The notes: a model not told the origin generated them from the letters alone. Shown: positions 40,413 to 50,769, counted from the stretch's first letter. The stretch is DNA of 64,000 bases from Spirochaetia bacterium (GCA_965199955.1 CBDATQ010000001.1:1344001-1408000); one strand, 5' to 3'. Numbers and translations are program-made.

Positions 40413-42740
40413 ATGGCGGACACAGGAGCGATCTGGAGTGACCGGTTCCGGGACTGGGACCACGTCTACGGGCGCCGCGGCGTGGCGCTGCTGCGCGAGC
40501 CGGCACCGGTGCCGAGTACGCCGCACGTGCGGGTGAGCCCCGCCGACCTGAGCTACGAGGTGCCGGCAGGGGTGAGCCTGCGCGAGCACGCGCGCAGCGA
40601 CGGCATCGACGTGGCCAGTCCGCACTTCCAGGAGCCTGCGACGCGCAACATCCGCTGCGGCTTCTTTCCGGTGTTGCGCGCCCTGCAGGACGGCAGCCTG
40701 CTGGCGGTGTGGCGCGAGGCCAGCGCCCATGCCTTTTGCTGCTTCGGCCGCACCGTCGCGGCGCGTTCCACGGACGGCGGGCAGAGCTGGAGCGATCCGT
40801 GGGTGATCTTCGCGCTGCCGGGGGCGGTCGACGCCGGCGGTCCGGAGGACCTGGTGCAGGCCGCCGACGGCACCCTGTGGATGGGGGCCTGGAGCCGCGT
40901 CCCGGGGCAGCAGGCGGGCACGCAGGGCCAGCAGGTCGCCACCGCCTACGCGCTGTACTCGAAGGACGACGGCCGCACCTGGGTCACCCTGCCGCCGCTC
41001 GGCGACCACTTCTACCCGGCGTCCCCGGAGCTGGCCATGTCCAACGGCGAGTTGCTGTGGCGCGGCAGCGTGCCGGCGCCGGCCGAGGAGGGGCTGACCT
41101 CCTTTCCCGCGTCGGTGCGGGCCACGCTGGTGCAGCGCGACACGGATGACGAGCTGCCGCGCGACGCCGACGTGGCGGAGCTGGGCGGGCTGCGCTTCGA
41201 GCGCTTCGCCCACCCCCATCTGGGCGGTCCCGACGAAGAGCAGGTCACCGAGACCCTGATCCCCGGCACCCTGGTGATGCTGATGCGCTCCCAAGGTTAC
41301 GGCGAGCACTACTTCCAGACCACCTCCACCGACTACGGACGCACCTGGAGCGCCGCGGTGCCGTCGCTGTGGCACTCGCCGGTGCCGAGCCAGCCCTACC
41401 TGATCACGCTTACCGACGGCACCCTGGTGGCGGTCAACGGGCAGCGCCAGAACTGCCGCATCGTGGCCACCGCCTCGTTCGACAACGGTGCGACCTGGGA
41501 TGTCGCCCACCAGCAGGTCGTGCTGGACGACCAGCGCTTCCTGGGCGGCGACTTCGCCTACCCGCAGCTCACCGAGGTCGCCGACGGGCGCCTGCTGTCG
41601 ATTTACTACAGCCACGATCACACCGATGAGAGCGGCGAGCGCAGCGGGATCTTCGGGACCTTCCTGGAGACGCGCTTCTTCCGCCCGGCCTACCGCGGCG
41701 TGGAGCTGGCCGAGGTGGGCGCGGTGCGGCGCGACTCCACGGTCGCGCACTGGCGCTTCGACGAGGGCGCGGGCAGCGTGGCGGCCGACGACGGCGGGCC
41801 GCACTACGCGAAGCTGGCGGGGCCGGCGTGGGTTCCCGGCAAGCGCGGCACGGCGCTCCGGTTCGACGGCCGCGACGACTACGGCTACGTGCTGGAGTGC
41901 CCGGAGCTGCGCGTCGCGCGCGAGTTCACGTTGGAAGCGTGGATCTCCACCGAGGCGCCGGATCGTACCCAGACCATCGTCTCCAAGCTGCCGCACTACT
42001 GGGTCGGGCTGCACCGCGGCCGGCTGTGCTTGCGCCGGGGTGGGGCGGCGGGCATCCCGCTGCTGGAGAACTTGGCGGCGACCACCCTGGAGGGGGGGCG
42101 CTGGTACCACGTCGCGGTGGCCGTACGCATCACCCTGGACTCGAACGAGCGTGTGCTGTTCTACCTGGACGGGGAAGTGGGCGCCAACGACAGACTCGCG
42201 CTGCCCGGCAGCGCCGAGCACGCCGCCGCCATCAGCGACTGGCATGAGTCGGCCGGTCCGCGCTGGCAGGCGCACCACCAGCGCCGCAGCCGCCACGAGG
42301 ACATCGGCGAGCAGGCGGACGCCATCCGCGCCGCCGAGGACCACCTCTACATCGGCCTGCAGCACGACCGGCAGACCGCACCCTTCGCCGGCGTGATCGA
42401 CGAGCTGGCGCTGCACGGCAGCGGCCTGCTGCCGGGCGAGGTGCGGGCCAGCATCGCCGTTCACCGCCGTGCCGACGGCGAGCTCTCTTCGGGCGTGATC
42501 CTGCGCCCCGCCTCCGGCTGGGGCCGCTTCGGCGCCGAAGTGGACACCCCCGTCGGCACCGCCGTCGAGTTCTCGGTAACCGCGCCTGACGGCACCGCCC
42601 TCCGCAGCGGCGTGAGCCCCGGCGACTCGCTGGACGACCTGGATGCCCCCGAGCTGCGGCTTGCTGCGCGCCTGACCAGCTCCGACCCCGGACGCGCCCC
42701 GGTGATTCGCTCCTGGTCCCTGCGCCCCGCGGCCGAATAG
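40413..42740 (+). CDS. BNR/Asp-box (sialidase-like) propeller fused to a LamG-like domain
   Basis: STDGGQSW, SKDDGRTW, STDYGRTW, SFDNGATW, AYPQ; HWRFDEGAG…ALRFDG…WYHVA…FAGVIDE; GGGAGG RBS. Confidence 0.88.
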   Translation: MADTGAIWSDRFRDWDHVYGRRGVALLREPAPVPSTPHVRVSPADLSYEVPAGVSLREHARSDGIDVASPHFQEPATRNIRCGFFPVLRALQDGSLLAVWREASAHAFCCFGRTVAARSTDGGQSWSDPWVIFALPGAVDAGGPEDLVQAADGTLWMGAWSRVPGQQAGTQGQQVATAYALYSKDDGRTWVTLPPLGDHFYPASPELAMSNGELLWRGSVPAPAEEGLTSFPASVRATLVQRDTDDELPRDADVAELGGLRFERFAHPHLGGPDEEQVTETLIPGTLVMLMRSQGYGEHYFQTTSTDYGRTWSAAVPSLWHSPVPSQPYLITLTDGTLVAVNGQRQNCRIVATASFDNGATWDVAHQQVVLDDQRFLGGDFAYPQLTEVADGRLLSIYYSHDHTDESGERSGIFGTFLETRFFRPAYRGVELAEVGAVRRDSTVAHWRFDEGAGSVAADDGGPHYAKLAGPAWVPGKRGTALRFDGRDDYGYVLECPELRVAREFTLEAWISTEAPDRTQTIVSKLPHYWVGLHRGRLCLRRGGAAGIPLLENLAATTLEGGRWYHVAVAVRITLDSNERVLFYLDGEVGANDRLALPGSAEHAAAISDWHESAGPRWQAHHQRRSRHEDIGEQADAIRAAEDHLYIGLQHDRQTAPFAGVIDELALHGSGLLPGEVRASIAVHRRADGELSSGVILRPASGWGRFGAEVDTPVGTAVEFSVTAPDGTALRSGVSPGDSLDDLDAPELRLAARLTSSDPGRAPVIRSWSLRPAAE

Positions 42741-43914
42741 GTTCCCGGGCGGCCCAGCGGCCGGGCCCGTCCCCGGGCGCCGTGTAGCGCCCCTGCCAGG
42801 CGGGGCCGTGGGTCTGGCGCCAGTCGCTGAGCGCCTGCGCCTGGGTCGCCGCCGACGGCCGTTCCAGGTCCACCGCCGCGTCCAGGGCGCCGTCCACGTA
42901 GAACAGCACCCGCCGCATCGAGTCGGCGGTCTCACGCACCACCACGGCAAGGTGCTGCCAGCGGTCGGCCGCCAGCTCTGTCGTCCCGTGGCAGCTCGCC
43001 TGCGCGATGCCGTCCTCGCCCCCGCGCCGCAGGCAGACCTGCCGGCGGCTCAGCCCGAACCAGTAGTGGGGAGCCGGCTGACGATGGTCTGCTCGCGCTC
43101 CGGGTGCAGGGTACGGATCCACGCCTCCATGGTTAGCTCCTGCCCCAGCCAGAGACTCGGGCAGTTGGTCACGCGCAGATGATCGTCCACCCCGTCGAAG
43201 GCGAGCGCGGCGCCGGCCGTCGGTCCAGGCCGGTCCGTGCAGCACGCCGTAGTGGCGGCCGGTGTCGTCGTGGGCGGTGTCGCCCGTACCCTCGTCGAAG
43301 CGCCACCAGGCGACGGTGTCCGCGCGCCGCAACGACCCGACGTCCGCCAGCCGGACGCCGCCGAATGTGGTTCGGAACTGGCTGCGGTCGAGGAAGGTGG
43401 CGAAGATCCCGTTCCGGGGATGAGCGGCTCGCTGGGCCGGCGCAGGATGAAGACCGCACGCCGCAGCGAGGTGTAGGAGGTGACCCCTTCGTCGGCGGGA
43501 TCCGGGACGCTGCCCAGCCACAGGAACTCGCCGTTGGAAAGCTCCAGCATCGGCGTGCAGAGAAACTGCCAGCCGTCGCCGAGCTTGGGGAGCTGCTCCC
43601 AGCTTCGCCCCTCGTCATGCGAGCGCAGCACGTACATCTCGGGGCGCTGCCTGCCCACGGTGCCCAGCTCGGGTTCCGGGATACGGGCCCATGCGCCCAG
43701 CCAGAGGGTGCCGTCGCCGGTCTGCACCAGGTTCTCGGGACCGCCGGTGTCCCACGCTCCCGACCGCCGGAAGCCGACCACCCAGGGGGCGCTCCAACTG
43801 CGCCCGCCGTCCGGCGAGCGCGCCGCCACGGTGCGCCCGAAGGAGCAGTAGGCGTGGGAGCTCGCCTCGCGCCACACCGCCAGCAGCGCCACCGTCGCTG
43901 ATGCCTCGGGTCAT
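42741..43914 (-). pseudogene. Degraded paralog of the BNR+LamG gene
   Basis: LLAVWREASSHAYCSFGRTVAARSPDGGRSW and WWRFDEGTG match the intact copy; several deletions and frameshifts. Confidence 0.85.
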
Positions 43915-44921
43915 CGGTCGGCCTCCCGCAGGCGGACGGCGCGGATCTCGCAGTCGTCGTCCACGAAGTCGGTGTGGAACACGCACAGCAGGTCGCTGTC
44001 CGGCAGCCGCAGCACGCTCGGGTAGCCGCAGGCGGTAGCCCAGCCCTGGAAGGGCCCCGGCGAGCGGTAGAGCACCCCCTGGTCGTGCCACGACTCGCCT
44101 TCATCCCAGCTCGCGCTGAAGCCGATGCCCGGCTGCCCCTCGCGCATGTCGCGATACACGCAGATGATGGCGCGGCGCAGCGCCGCCAGGCGCGGGCAGT
44201 GGCCGTGGAATCCGGTCGCGGCCAACGGCGTCCAGCTTCGGCCGCCATCCTCGGAGTAGCTCTGGTAGGAGGCATAGGGCGGTGCGTCGCTGCGCAGAAC
44301 GGTGAGCAGCCGTCCGTCCGCCAGGGCCAGCGTGTCGGGCTCGCGCAGTTCCAGCGTGGCGTCGTCGCTCAGCAGCACCCGCTCCGACCAGGAATCGCCG
44401 CGGTCGCGCGAGAATGCTATGGCGGCCAGGTTGGGCTCTCCGGGCGTGTCGGTGCCCTGAAAACCCAGCAGCAGGCGTCCGTCCGGCAGCCCGTGCACCA
44501 CGCCTTGGCCGTACGGCTCGCTGAAGGCGGCGAACACCCGGATCTCCGGTCCGGGCGGGTCCCAGGTGCGGCCGCCGTCGCTTGACCGGATGGCGTAGGT
44601 GTGGAACTCGTCGCTGTTCCAGCGCGCCTTGTCGGCCAGCATCAGCAGCGTGCCGTCGTCCAGCTGCAGCAGGCGCTGGGCGCCGAACCAGTCCCACCCC
44701 GGCTCGGCCAGCAGCGGCGTCGGCTCGTCCCAGGTCGCCCCGCCGTCCGCCGAGCGCTTGGCCACCACCGCGCCGTGGGATTCTTCGAACATGTTGCGCC
44801 CCACGCGGTAGGCCACGAACAGGCTACCGTCGGTCAGCACGGCGGCCCCGGCGCGCGAGCGATGGCGCGTGCTGCCGCCGCCGGCCACCACGACCTCGCC
44901 GGTGACCGCAAGGGCCTTCAC
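43911..44921 (-). CDS. BNR/Asp-box sialidase-like protein
   Basis: SADGGATW, SSDGGRTW, SRDRGDSW, SEDGGRSW, SWDEGESW, CGYPS. Confidence 0.88.
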   Translation of the reverse strand: MKALAVTGEVVVAGGGSTRHRSRAGAAVLTDGSLFVAYRVGRNMFEESHGAVVAKRSADGGATWDEPTPLLAEPGWDWFGAQRLLQLDDGTLLMLADKARWNSDEFHTYAIRSSDGGRTWDPPGPEIRVFAAFSEPYGQGVVHGLPDGRLLLGFQGTDTPGEPNLAAIAFSRDRGDSWSERVLLSDDATLELREPDTLALADGRLLTVLRSDAPPYASYQSYSEDGGRSWTPLAATGFHGHCPRLAALRRAIICVYRDMREGQPGIGFSASWDEGESWHDQGVLYRSPGPFQGWATACGYPSVLRLPDSDLLCVFHTDFVDDDCEIRAVRLREADR

Positions 44922-44923
44922 GC

Positions 44924-46078
44924 CTATCCCAGGGCCCGCGCCAGCGCGGTGTAGAAGCGCGCCGCCGCGGTCACGGAGCTCAGCGTGGTGTGCTCGTCCA
45001 CCTGGTGCGCCAGCCGCTCGTCGCCTGGCCCGAAGATCAGCGTCGGTACCCCGAGCGCCGGCGTCAGCACCGAGGCATCGGAGAAGTAACTGACGCCACG
45101 CGGCGCAGGCGCTCCCCCAAGCACCTGTCCGGCCACCTCCAGGGCGGTGCCGACCAGCGGCTCGTGCACGGGCGTGGCGATCGCGGGGCGGTCGGTGAGC
45201 ACTTTCACCTGCGCCGTTACGCCCGTCACGGCGGTTGCCGCGGCGGTCGCCAGCGCGCGCACCTCGCGCAGCAGCCCGGCGTGGTCCTGCCCCGGTACGC
45301 TGCGGAGATCCACCGTCAGCACGCACCGGTCGGCCACGATGTTGACCTTCGCACCGCCCTCGATGGTCCCCAGGTTGACGGTCGGCGGTCCGAGCAGCGG
45401 ATGCGGCCGGTGCGCGGGCCGATATGCCTGCAGCCGCTCGATGATCCGGCACATGCCGGCGATCGCGTTGCTGCCCTGTTCCGGCATCGATCCGTGGGCG
45501 GCCCGGCCGCAGGTGACGATCCTGAGCCACAGTGCTCCCTTGTGCGCCGTGACCACCTGCAGGCTGGTGGGTTCGCCCACGACCAGGGCGCAGACCGGGC
45601 CGAGGTCGCGGGTGGCCAATCGCTGCGAGCCGCAGCAGTCCACCTCCTCCCCAGCGGTGCCGGCGAAGACCAGGTCGCGCCGCAGGCGTATGCCGGCCCG
45701 CGCCAGCGCGGCGCAGGCCATCGCCAGCGCGGCGACGCCGCCCTTCATGTCGACGGTGCCGCGGCCGTGCAGCACGTCGCCCTCCACGACCGTTGCGTGG
45801 GGGTCATGGCGCCATTGCTCGCGTTGCACCGGCACGGTGTCGAGGTGGCCGTTGAACAGGAGCGCGGGTGCGTCGCCGGAGCCGCGCCAGCGGGCCACCA
45901 CGTTGGCCCGGCCCAAGGCGAAGCGGTCCAGCTCCACCTCCAGCCCGGCCTCCCGCAGCCATCCGCCGAGCAGCTCGGTGACCGGCGCCTCCCGCCCCGG
46001 CGGGTTGCAGCTGTCGATGCGGATCAGCCGCCGCAGCAGGTCGCCCAGCTCGGCTTCCGGAATCGCAGGCCGTGTCAC
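44924..46078 (-). CDS. M20 family metallopeptidase/deacylase (ArgE/DapE-like)
   Basis: NGHLDTV, GRGTVDMKG, GEE, VGEPT, AHQVDE. Confidence 0.92.
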   Translation of the reverse strand: MTRPAIPEAELGDLLRRLIRIDSCNPPGREAPVTELLGGWLREAGLEVELDRFALGRANVVARWRGSGDAPALLFNGHLDTVPVQREQWRHDPHATVVEGDVLHGRGTVDMKGGVAALAMACAALARAGIRLRRDLVFAGTAGEEVDCCGSQRLATRDLGPVCALVVGEPTSLQVVTAHKGALWLRIVTCGRAAHGSMPEQGSNAIAGMCRIIERLQAYRPAHRPHPLLGPPTVNLGTIEGGAKVNIVADRCVLTVDLRSVPGQDHAGLLREVRALATAAATAVTGVTAQVKVLTDRPAIATPVHEPLVGTALEVAGQVLGGAPAPRGVSYFSDASVLTPALGVPTLIFGPGDERLAHQVDEHTTLSSVTAAARFYTALARALG

Positions 46079-46839
46079 GTCGCGGCCCCGGCGGCGTCGA
46101 TGCGGGCGATCGCCGCGCTGATGTGGCGGACGCTGTGCTCGACCATCACCGCCAGTGCCTGGCGCCCGCGCTCGCGATCGGCCTGGCTCGGCTCGCCCCA
46201 CACGCCGCTGGGGCTCATCTGGTCCATGGTCAGGTAGTCGAACGCCTCGACCGGGCTGTCCGGGACGGTGTCGGAGGCGGTACCCTTGATAGTGTCCGGC
46301 GCGATCTCCATGATCAGCGACGCCTCGAAGCCGCCGGCATGGGCCTCGTTCGCGAAGTTGGGGAAGATGCTCTCAAGTTCCGCGGCGGCCAGAGTGAACG
46401 GCTGCACGCACAGTGCGCGGCCGGCATCGGTGCTGCGGTTGATCTCGCGCACCGCCGGCCGCAGGACCAGGTTGCCGCCGTGCATGTTGAGCAGCACGAC
46501 GTAGCGGAACCCCTGTCCGATCAGGTCCAGGGCCAGCTCCCTGACCACCGTCAGGAGAGTGCTCGGACTGAGCGACACCGAGCCGCGGAAGCCGGCGTGC
46601 GCCTCCGAGTTGCTGAACGGCAGCACCGGCAGCAGGAACCCGTCCATCCGCTCCGCCACCCCGCGCGCCACCGCCTCCGCCTCCAGCGAATCGGTCGCCA
46701 ACGGAAGGTAGCTGCCGTGCTGCTCGGTGGCGCCGACCGGCAGGATCGCCAGTTCCGTGCCGCTCGCCTCCAGTTCCGCGGATGTGTTGCAGGCGTCCAG
46801 GATAGGGTTGGGGTAAAGCGAACCCTCCCGTTTTGTCAA
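46075..46839 (-). CDS. Creatininase family amidohydrolase (start uncertain)
   Basis: PVGATEQHGSYLPLATD, NMHGGN, HAGGFE, SGVWGEP. Confidence 0.9.
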   Translation of the reverse strand: MTKREGSLYPNPILDACNTSAELEASGTELAILPVGATEQHGSYLPLATDSLEAEAVARGVAERMDGFLLPVLPFSNSEAHAGFRGSVSLSPSTLLTVVRELALDLIGQGFRYVVLLNMHGGNLVLRPAVREINRSTDAGRALCVQPFTLAAAELESIFPNFANEAHAGGFEASLIMEIAPDTIKGTASDTVPDSPVEAFDYLTMDQMSPSGVWGEPSQADRERGRQALAVMVEHSVRHISAAIARIDAAGAAT

Positions 46840-46954
46840 GGTTGAGTCCGACGAAATGCCGCTCGGTCTGACCCGCACCCGTGCGGTCGCCTGAGGATGA
46901 CTGCCGCCGATCTGAATCAGCGCGGGTAGTGGATCACCGTCATGAGCCTTGATG

Positions 46955-47341
46955 TCATCCGCCAGCTTGGGCGATGCGTCGTGCCATCCACTCCACGTAG
47001 GCAGTACGGGTCATGCCTCGCCGTCGAGCTTCGCCGTCGATGAAGGCTGCGACTCCCTCGTCGAGCGTGAGATTGGCGCGTACGCTTCGGCCCGACAGAC
47101 GAATCAGTGGGATGGAGACCAGGGTATGTCCGGGGGGTGTCTCGATCCGTTCGATGGCTGACGGCGGCGTGAGCGCCTCACCGGCGCGCTCCGTTTCGAT
47201 CGCGTAGTCGCGGAGCGCCTCTTCGGCGTGCATCAACGCCTCATCCATCGTTGTTCCCATGGCGACAATCCCTGGCAGGTCCGGGAACGAGACCCCATAG
47301 GTGCCCTGCTCGCCGTCGATCCATGCTGGATATCGCGTCAT
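46955..47341 (-). CDS. hicB: HicB family antitoxin
   Basis: YGVSFPDLPG…G.TMDEA…EAL, with a C-terminal RHH-like segment. Confidence 0.9.
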   Translation of the reverse strand: MTRYPAWIDGEQGTYGVSFPDLPGIVAMGTTMDEALMHAEEALRDYAIETERAGEALTPPSAIERIETPPGHTLVSIPLIRLSGRSVRANLTLDEGVAAFIDGEARRRGMTRTAYVEWMARRIAQAGG

Positions 47342-47360
47342 GCTGTACCCCCGCCCTCAG

Positions 47361-47414
47361 TCATCCTGTCATCGTGGCCATCCGGCGTCGAATGCGTCTT
47401 CTGTTGGTCTCCAC
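47361..47414 (-). pseudogene. hicA: hicA toxin remnant with an internal deletion
   Basis: VETNRRRIRRR fused to …ATMTG*, directly upstream of hicB. Confidence 0.55.
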
Positions 47415-47418
47415 GCCA

Positions 47419-47436
47419 CGTGCATATATAGGCACG
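47419..47436. promoter_or_regulatory. Palindromic operator, probably bound by HicB
   Basis: CGTGCATATATAGGCACG (8 of 9 pairs), 4 nt upstream of the hicA remnant. Confidence 0.55.
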
Positions 47437-47620
47437 AACCGAGGATGGCGTCCAGAATGGGTCGCATGTTGCAGGGCACGGAGCCATCTTCGGAAAGAAC
47501 CTGCTCGAGCGCCGGCTTCTCTCTTGATCGACTCCCGCAGATCCTCGTGGGTGGTGCGGAACATGCTCGGTTGCCGATGCACGGCGTCGACGGGCCATCC
47601 GCGTTAGGATTTGGCTTGGC

Positions 47621-48697
47621 ATGAGTGGAACGATGCGTGCCGCCACATCGGATGAGGTAGCCGGCCGGCCGCGCTTTGCGCTGGTGGGGTGCGGGGACTT
47701 CGGCAAGCAACTGGCGGGCTACGCCGTCGAACAAGCCGAGCTGGCGGCGCTCTGTGATCCCGATGCCGGCAACCTCGCCGCTACGGGCGCCGCGATGGGT
47801 GTGGAGGTGCCCGGCTACGGCGACTACCGCGAGCTGTTGCGGCGCGAGCGCCTGGACGCGGTGCTGGTGACCGCCGCCAACCACGTGCACGCGGAGATCA
47901 CCGTGGCGGCGGCCGAGGCCGGCGTGCACGTGTTCTGCGAGAAGGCGATGGCGCGCACGGCACGGGAGTGCTGGGACATGGTGGCGGCGTGCCGGCGCCA
48001 TGGCGTGAAGCTGATGGTCGGGCACAAGCGGCGGCTGCGGCCGCCCTGGGCGCGGATGGTGGAGCTGACCGCGGACGACCTGCTCGGGGCGCCGCTGTCG
48101 ATCACGGTGGCGCAGTACACGGACAACCGGCCCTACGAGTTCTTCGACACCTGGTGGTCGGACCCCGCGCGCGGCGGCGGCTTCTTCCACATGCACGGCG
48201 TGCACGTGATCGACTGGTTCCGCGCGATGTGCGGCGACGCCCGGGACGTGCACGCCGTATACGGACCTCAGCACGACTCCCGCTACGGGTTCCGCGACAT
48301 CGTGCACGCGACCTACCGGTTCCACGCAGGCGCCGTGGCCACGATCGCCGGCGGCCTGTCGTTTCCGCTGCACCAGTTCCGCGAGTCGCAGGGGCCGTGG
48401 GGCGAGTGCCGCCACGGCGGCTTCAAGCTGGTGCCGTCCCTCGATCACATCGACCTGTACTGGCAGCGCCTCGACGCACCGGCCCCGCAGCACGAGCGGT
48501 TCGACGACCTGGGCTTCGACCACGCGTACCGGCGCGAGATCGGCGACTTCTTCCGCTGGCTCGGCACGGGTGCCGAGCCGTGCCTCACGTGGGTGGAGGG
48601 CCTGCGCTGCGTGGAGATGATGGAAGGCGCCTACCGCTCCGCGCAGCAGGACGGCCGGGTGGTCGAGTTTCCGCTGCACCCGGAGCTGGAGCCGTGA
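47621..48697 (+). CDS. Gfo/Idh/MocA oxidoreductase
   Basis: VGCGDFG, HVFCEKAM, GGG…HGVHVID. Confidence 0.92.
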   Translation: MSGTMRAATSDEVAGRPRFALVGCGDFGKQLAGYAVEQAELAALCDPDAGNLAATGAAMGVEVPGYGDYRELLRRERLDAVLVTAANHVHAEITVAAAEAGVHVFCEKAMARTARECWDMVAACRRHGVKLMVGHKRRLRPPWARMVELTADDLLGAPLSITVAQYTDNRPYEFFDTWWSDPARGGGFFHMHGVHVIDWFRAMCGDARDVHAVYGPQHDSRYGFRDIVHATYRFHAGAVATIAGGLSFPLHQFRESQGPWGECRHGGFKLVPSLDHIDLYWQRLDAPAPQHERFDDLGFDHAYRREIGDFFRWLGTGAEPCLTWVEGLRCVEMMEGAYRSAQQDGRVVEFPLHPELEP

Positions 48698-48702
48698 GCG
48701 CG

Positions 48703-49872
48703 ATGAAGATCACCGACGTGCGCTGCTCGGTGGCGGCCGTGCCGCGTCCCGGCGGCGGCGCGCACCGCAACTGGGTGTTCGTCCACGTCGACACCGATGC
48801 CGGCTTGCAAGGGGTGGGCGAGGCGACCACCGAGCACCACGAGCTGGCGATCAAGGCGCACGTGGAGAGCGAGCTCAGGCCGCGCCTGCTGGGCATGGAC
48901 CCGACCGACATCGAGCGTGTCTGGCAGCTCGGCTTCCGCGAGTTCTGGTGGCGCCGCGGGGTCGTCCACGGCAGCGCCATGAGCGGCATCGACCAGGCCC
49001 TGTGGGACATCGCCGGCAAGGCGGCGGGGCTGCCGGTGTTCAAGCTGCTCGGCGGCCGGGTGCGGGACCGCGTGCGCTGCTACATCCGCTTCGGACCCGA
49101 GTTCTACGGCGTGGAGCTCGAGGATGCGGCCCGCCGCGCCCTGGAGCTGGGGTTCGACGCCTTCAAGCAGGGCTTCGGCAGCGTCACCCGGCCGTACGAC
49201 GCGCAGCGCCAGGCGGACGTCGCCGTGGCCGAGGTGCGCCGGCTGCGGCAGATCCTGGGCGACGGGACGGCGCTGATGGTCGACGCGGCCGGCATGTTCG
49301 ATCCCCAGGCCGCGCACCGGCTGCTGCAGGGACTGGAGCCGCTCGCCCCGCTGTTCGTGGAGGAGCCGGCCAACCAGGACACGGTGGCCCCCACGGCGCG
49401 GCTCAAGCAGAGCTTTCCGGGGATGAAGATCGCCCTGGGCGAGCGCATGGTCTCGCGCTGGGACTTCCGCCCGTGGTTCGAGCAGCAGGCGATCGACGTG
49501 TGCCAGGCGGACATCAGCCACGCCGGGGGCATCAGCGAGCTGTTGCGCATCGCCCACTACGCCGAGGTCTACGGCATCCTCATGGCGCCGCACAATCCGT
49601 ACGGGCCGGTGGCGCTGGCGGCCTCGGCCCAGGTGGCGGCCGCGATCCAGAACTTCCTGATCCTCGAGCACTGCCCCCTGCAGCCGTGGTTCGACCGCCT
49701 GCAGCGGGAGCCGCTGCCGGTGACCGCCGGCCACATCGACGTGGACGAGCTGGCGCGGCGGCCGGGACTGGGCGTGGAGCTGGACGAGGAGGCGCTCGCC
49801 GCGATGGACGGCCACACGCCGCTGGACCCGGGGCGATACGAGTTGCCCGACGGCGGCACGCCGCTACTCTGA
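48703..49872 (+). CDS. Mandelate racemase/galactonate dehydratase-like enolase-superfamily enzyme
   Basis: GVGEAT, SGIDQALWDIAGK, FVEEP, GER, APHNP. Confidence 0.9.
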   Translation: MKITDVRCSVAAVPRPGGGAHRNWVFVHVDTDAGLQGVGEATTEHHELAIKAHVESELRPRLLGMDPTDIERVWQLGFREFWWRRGVVHGSAMSGIDQALWDIAGKAAGLPVFKLLGGRVRDRVRCYIRFGPEFYGVELEDAARRALELGFDAFKQGFGSVTRPYDAQRQADVAVAEVRRLRQILGDGTALMVDAAGMFDPQAAHRLLQGLEPLAPLFVEEPANQDTVAPTARLKQSFPGMKIALGERMVSRWDFRPWFEQQAIDVCQADISHAGGISELLRIAHYAEVYGILMAPHNPYGPVALAASAQVAAAIQNFLILEHCPLQPWFDRLQREPLPVTAGHIDVDELARRPGLGVELDEEALAAMDGHTPLDPGRYELPDGGTPLL

Positions 49873-49878
49873 AGAGCC

Positions 49879-50754
49879 GTGAACCCGACGCCGGCCGTGC
49901 CCCGCTTCGACAACGAGGAGATCGTCCACGTTCCGGGGGTGGACCACCCCGAGTCGCTGGCGGTCGGCCCGCGCGGGGAGCTGTACACCACCGGCACCGG
50001 CTGCCAAGTGTACCGGGTCGACGTTGCGAGCAACCGCGCCGAGCAGTTCGCCGCCACCGCCAACCGCTGTCTGGGCCAGGCGGTCGATGCCGCCGGCAAC
50101 CTGTACTGCGCCGAGACCGGCCTCGGCGCCGTGGTCAGGATCACGCCGGAGGGGTCGGTCTCCACCTACGCCACAGGACCTGCGGGCCGCCCCTTTCTCT
50201 GCGCCAACTACCCGGCCTTCGACCGCCGTGGCGCCGTGTACCTGTCCGACAGCGGCGACTGGTCGGGCGCCGTCAACGGTCGGCTCTACAAGATCGAGCC
50301 CGGCGGCGGCGCCGCGCGCCTCTGGTACCCGGACGCGGTCGACACGCCCAACGCCATCGCCCTGGACGCCGCCGAGCGCTACCTGTACGTGGTGGAGACC
50401 TTCGGCGCCGGCATCGCCCGCGTGGCGATCGCCGACGACGGTTCCGCCGGGGGTTTCGAGCGCGTGCTGCACATGCCGCGCCACGTGCCGGACGGCATCG
50501 CTTTCGACGAGCATGGCCGGCTGTGGATCGCCTGCCACCGCCCGGACGCCATCTACGTGTTCGATCTGGACAGCCGCCGCCTGGAGCTGTTCGCCGAGGA
50601 CTGGATGGGAGAGGCGCTGCGCGGCCCGACCGACGTCGCCTTCGCCGGCCCCGAACGTGACATCCTGTTCGCCGCCTCCCTGGACAACCTGGTCATCCAC
50701 CGCTTCGACGGCGTCGGCGTGCGCGGGCTCCCGCTCAACCACCCGGCCCTCTGA
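49879..50754 (+). CDS. SMP-30/gluconolactonase family protein
   Basis: HPESL, AN…YLSDS, PNAIAL, PDGIAFD. Confidence 0.9.
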   Translation: MNPTPAVPRFDNEEIVHVPGVDHPESLAVGPRGELYTTGTGCQVYRVDVASNRAEQFAATANRCLGQAVDAAGNLYCAETGLGAVVRITPEGSVSTYATGPAGRPFLCANYPAFDRRGAVYLSDSGDWSGAVNGRLYKIEPGGGAARLWYPDAVDTPNAIALDAAERYLYVVETFGAGIARVAIADDGSAGGFERVLHMPRHVPDGIAFDEHGRLWIACHRPDAIYVFDLDSRRLELFAEDWMGEALRGPTDVAFAGPERDILFAASLDNLVIHRFDGVGVRGLPLNHPAL

Positions 50755-50769
50755 GGCGCGGGTGCGCGG

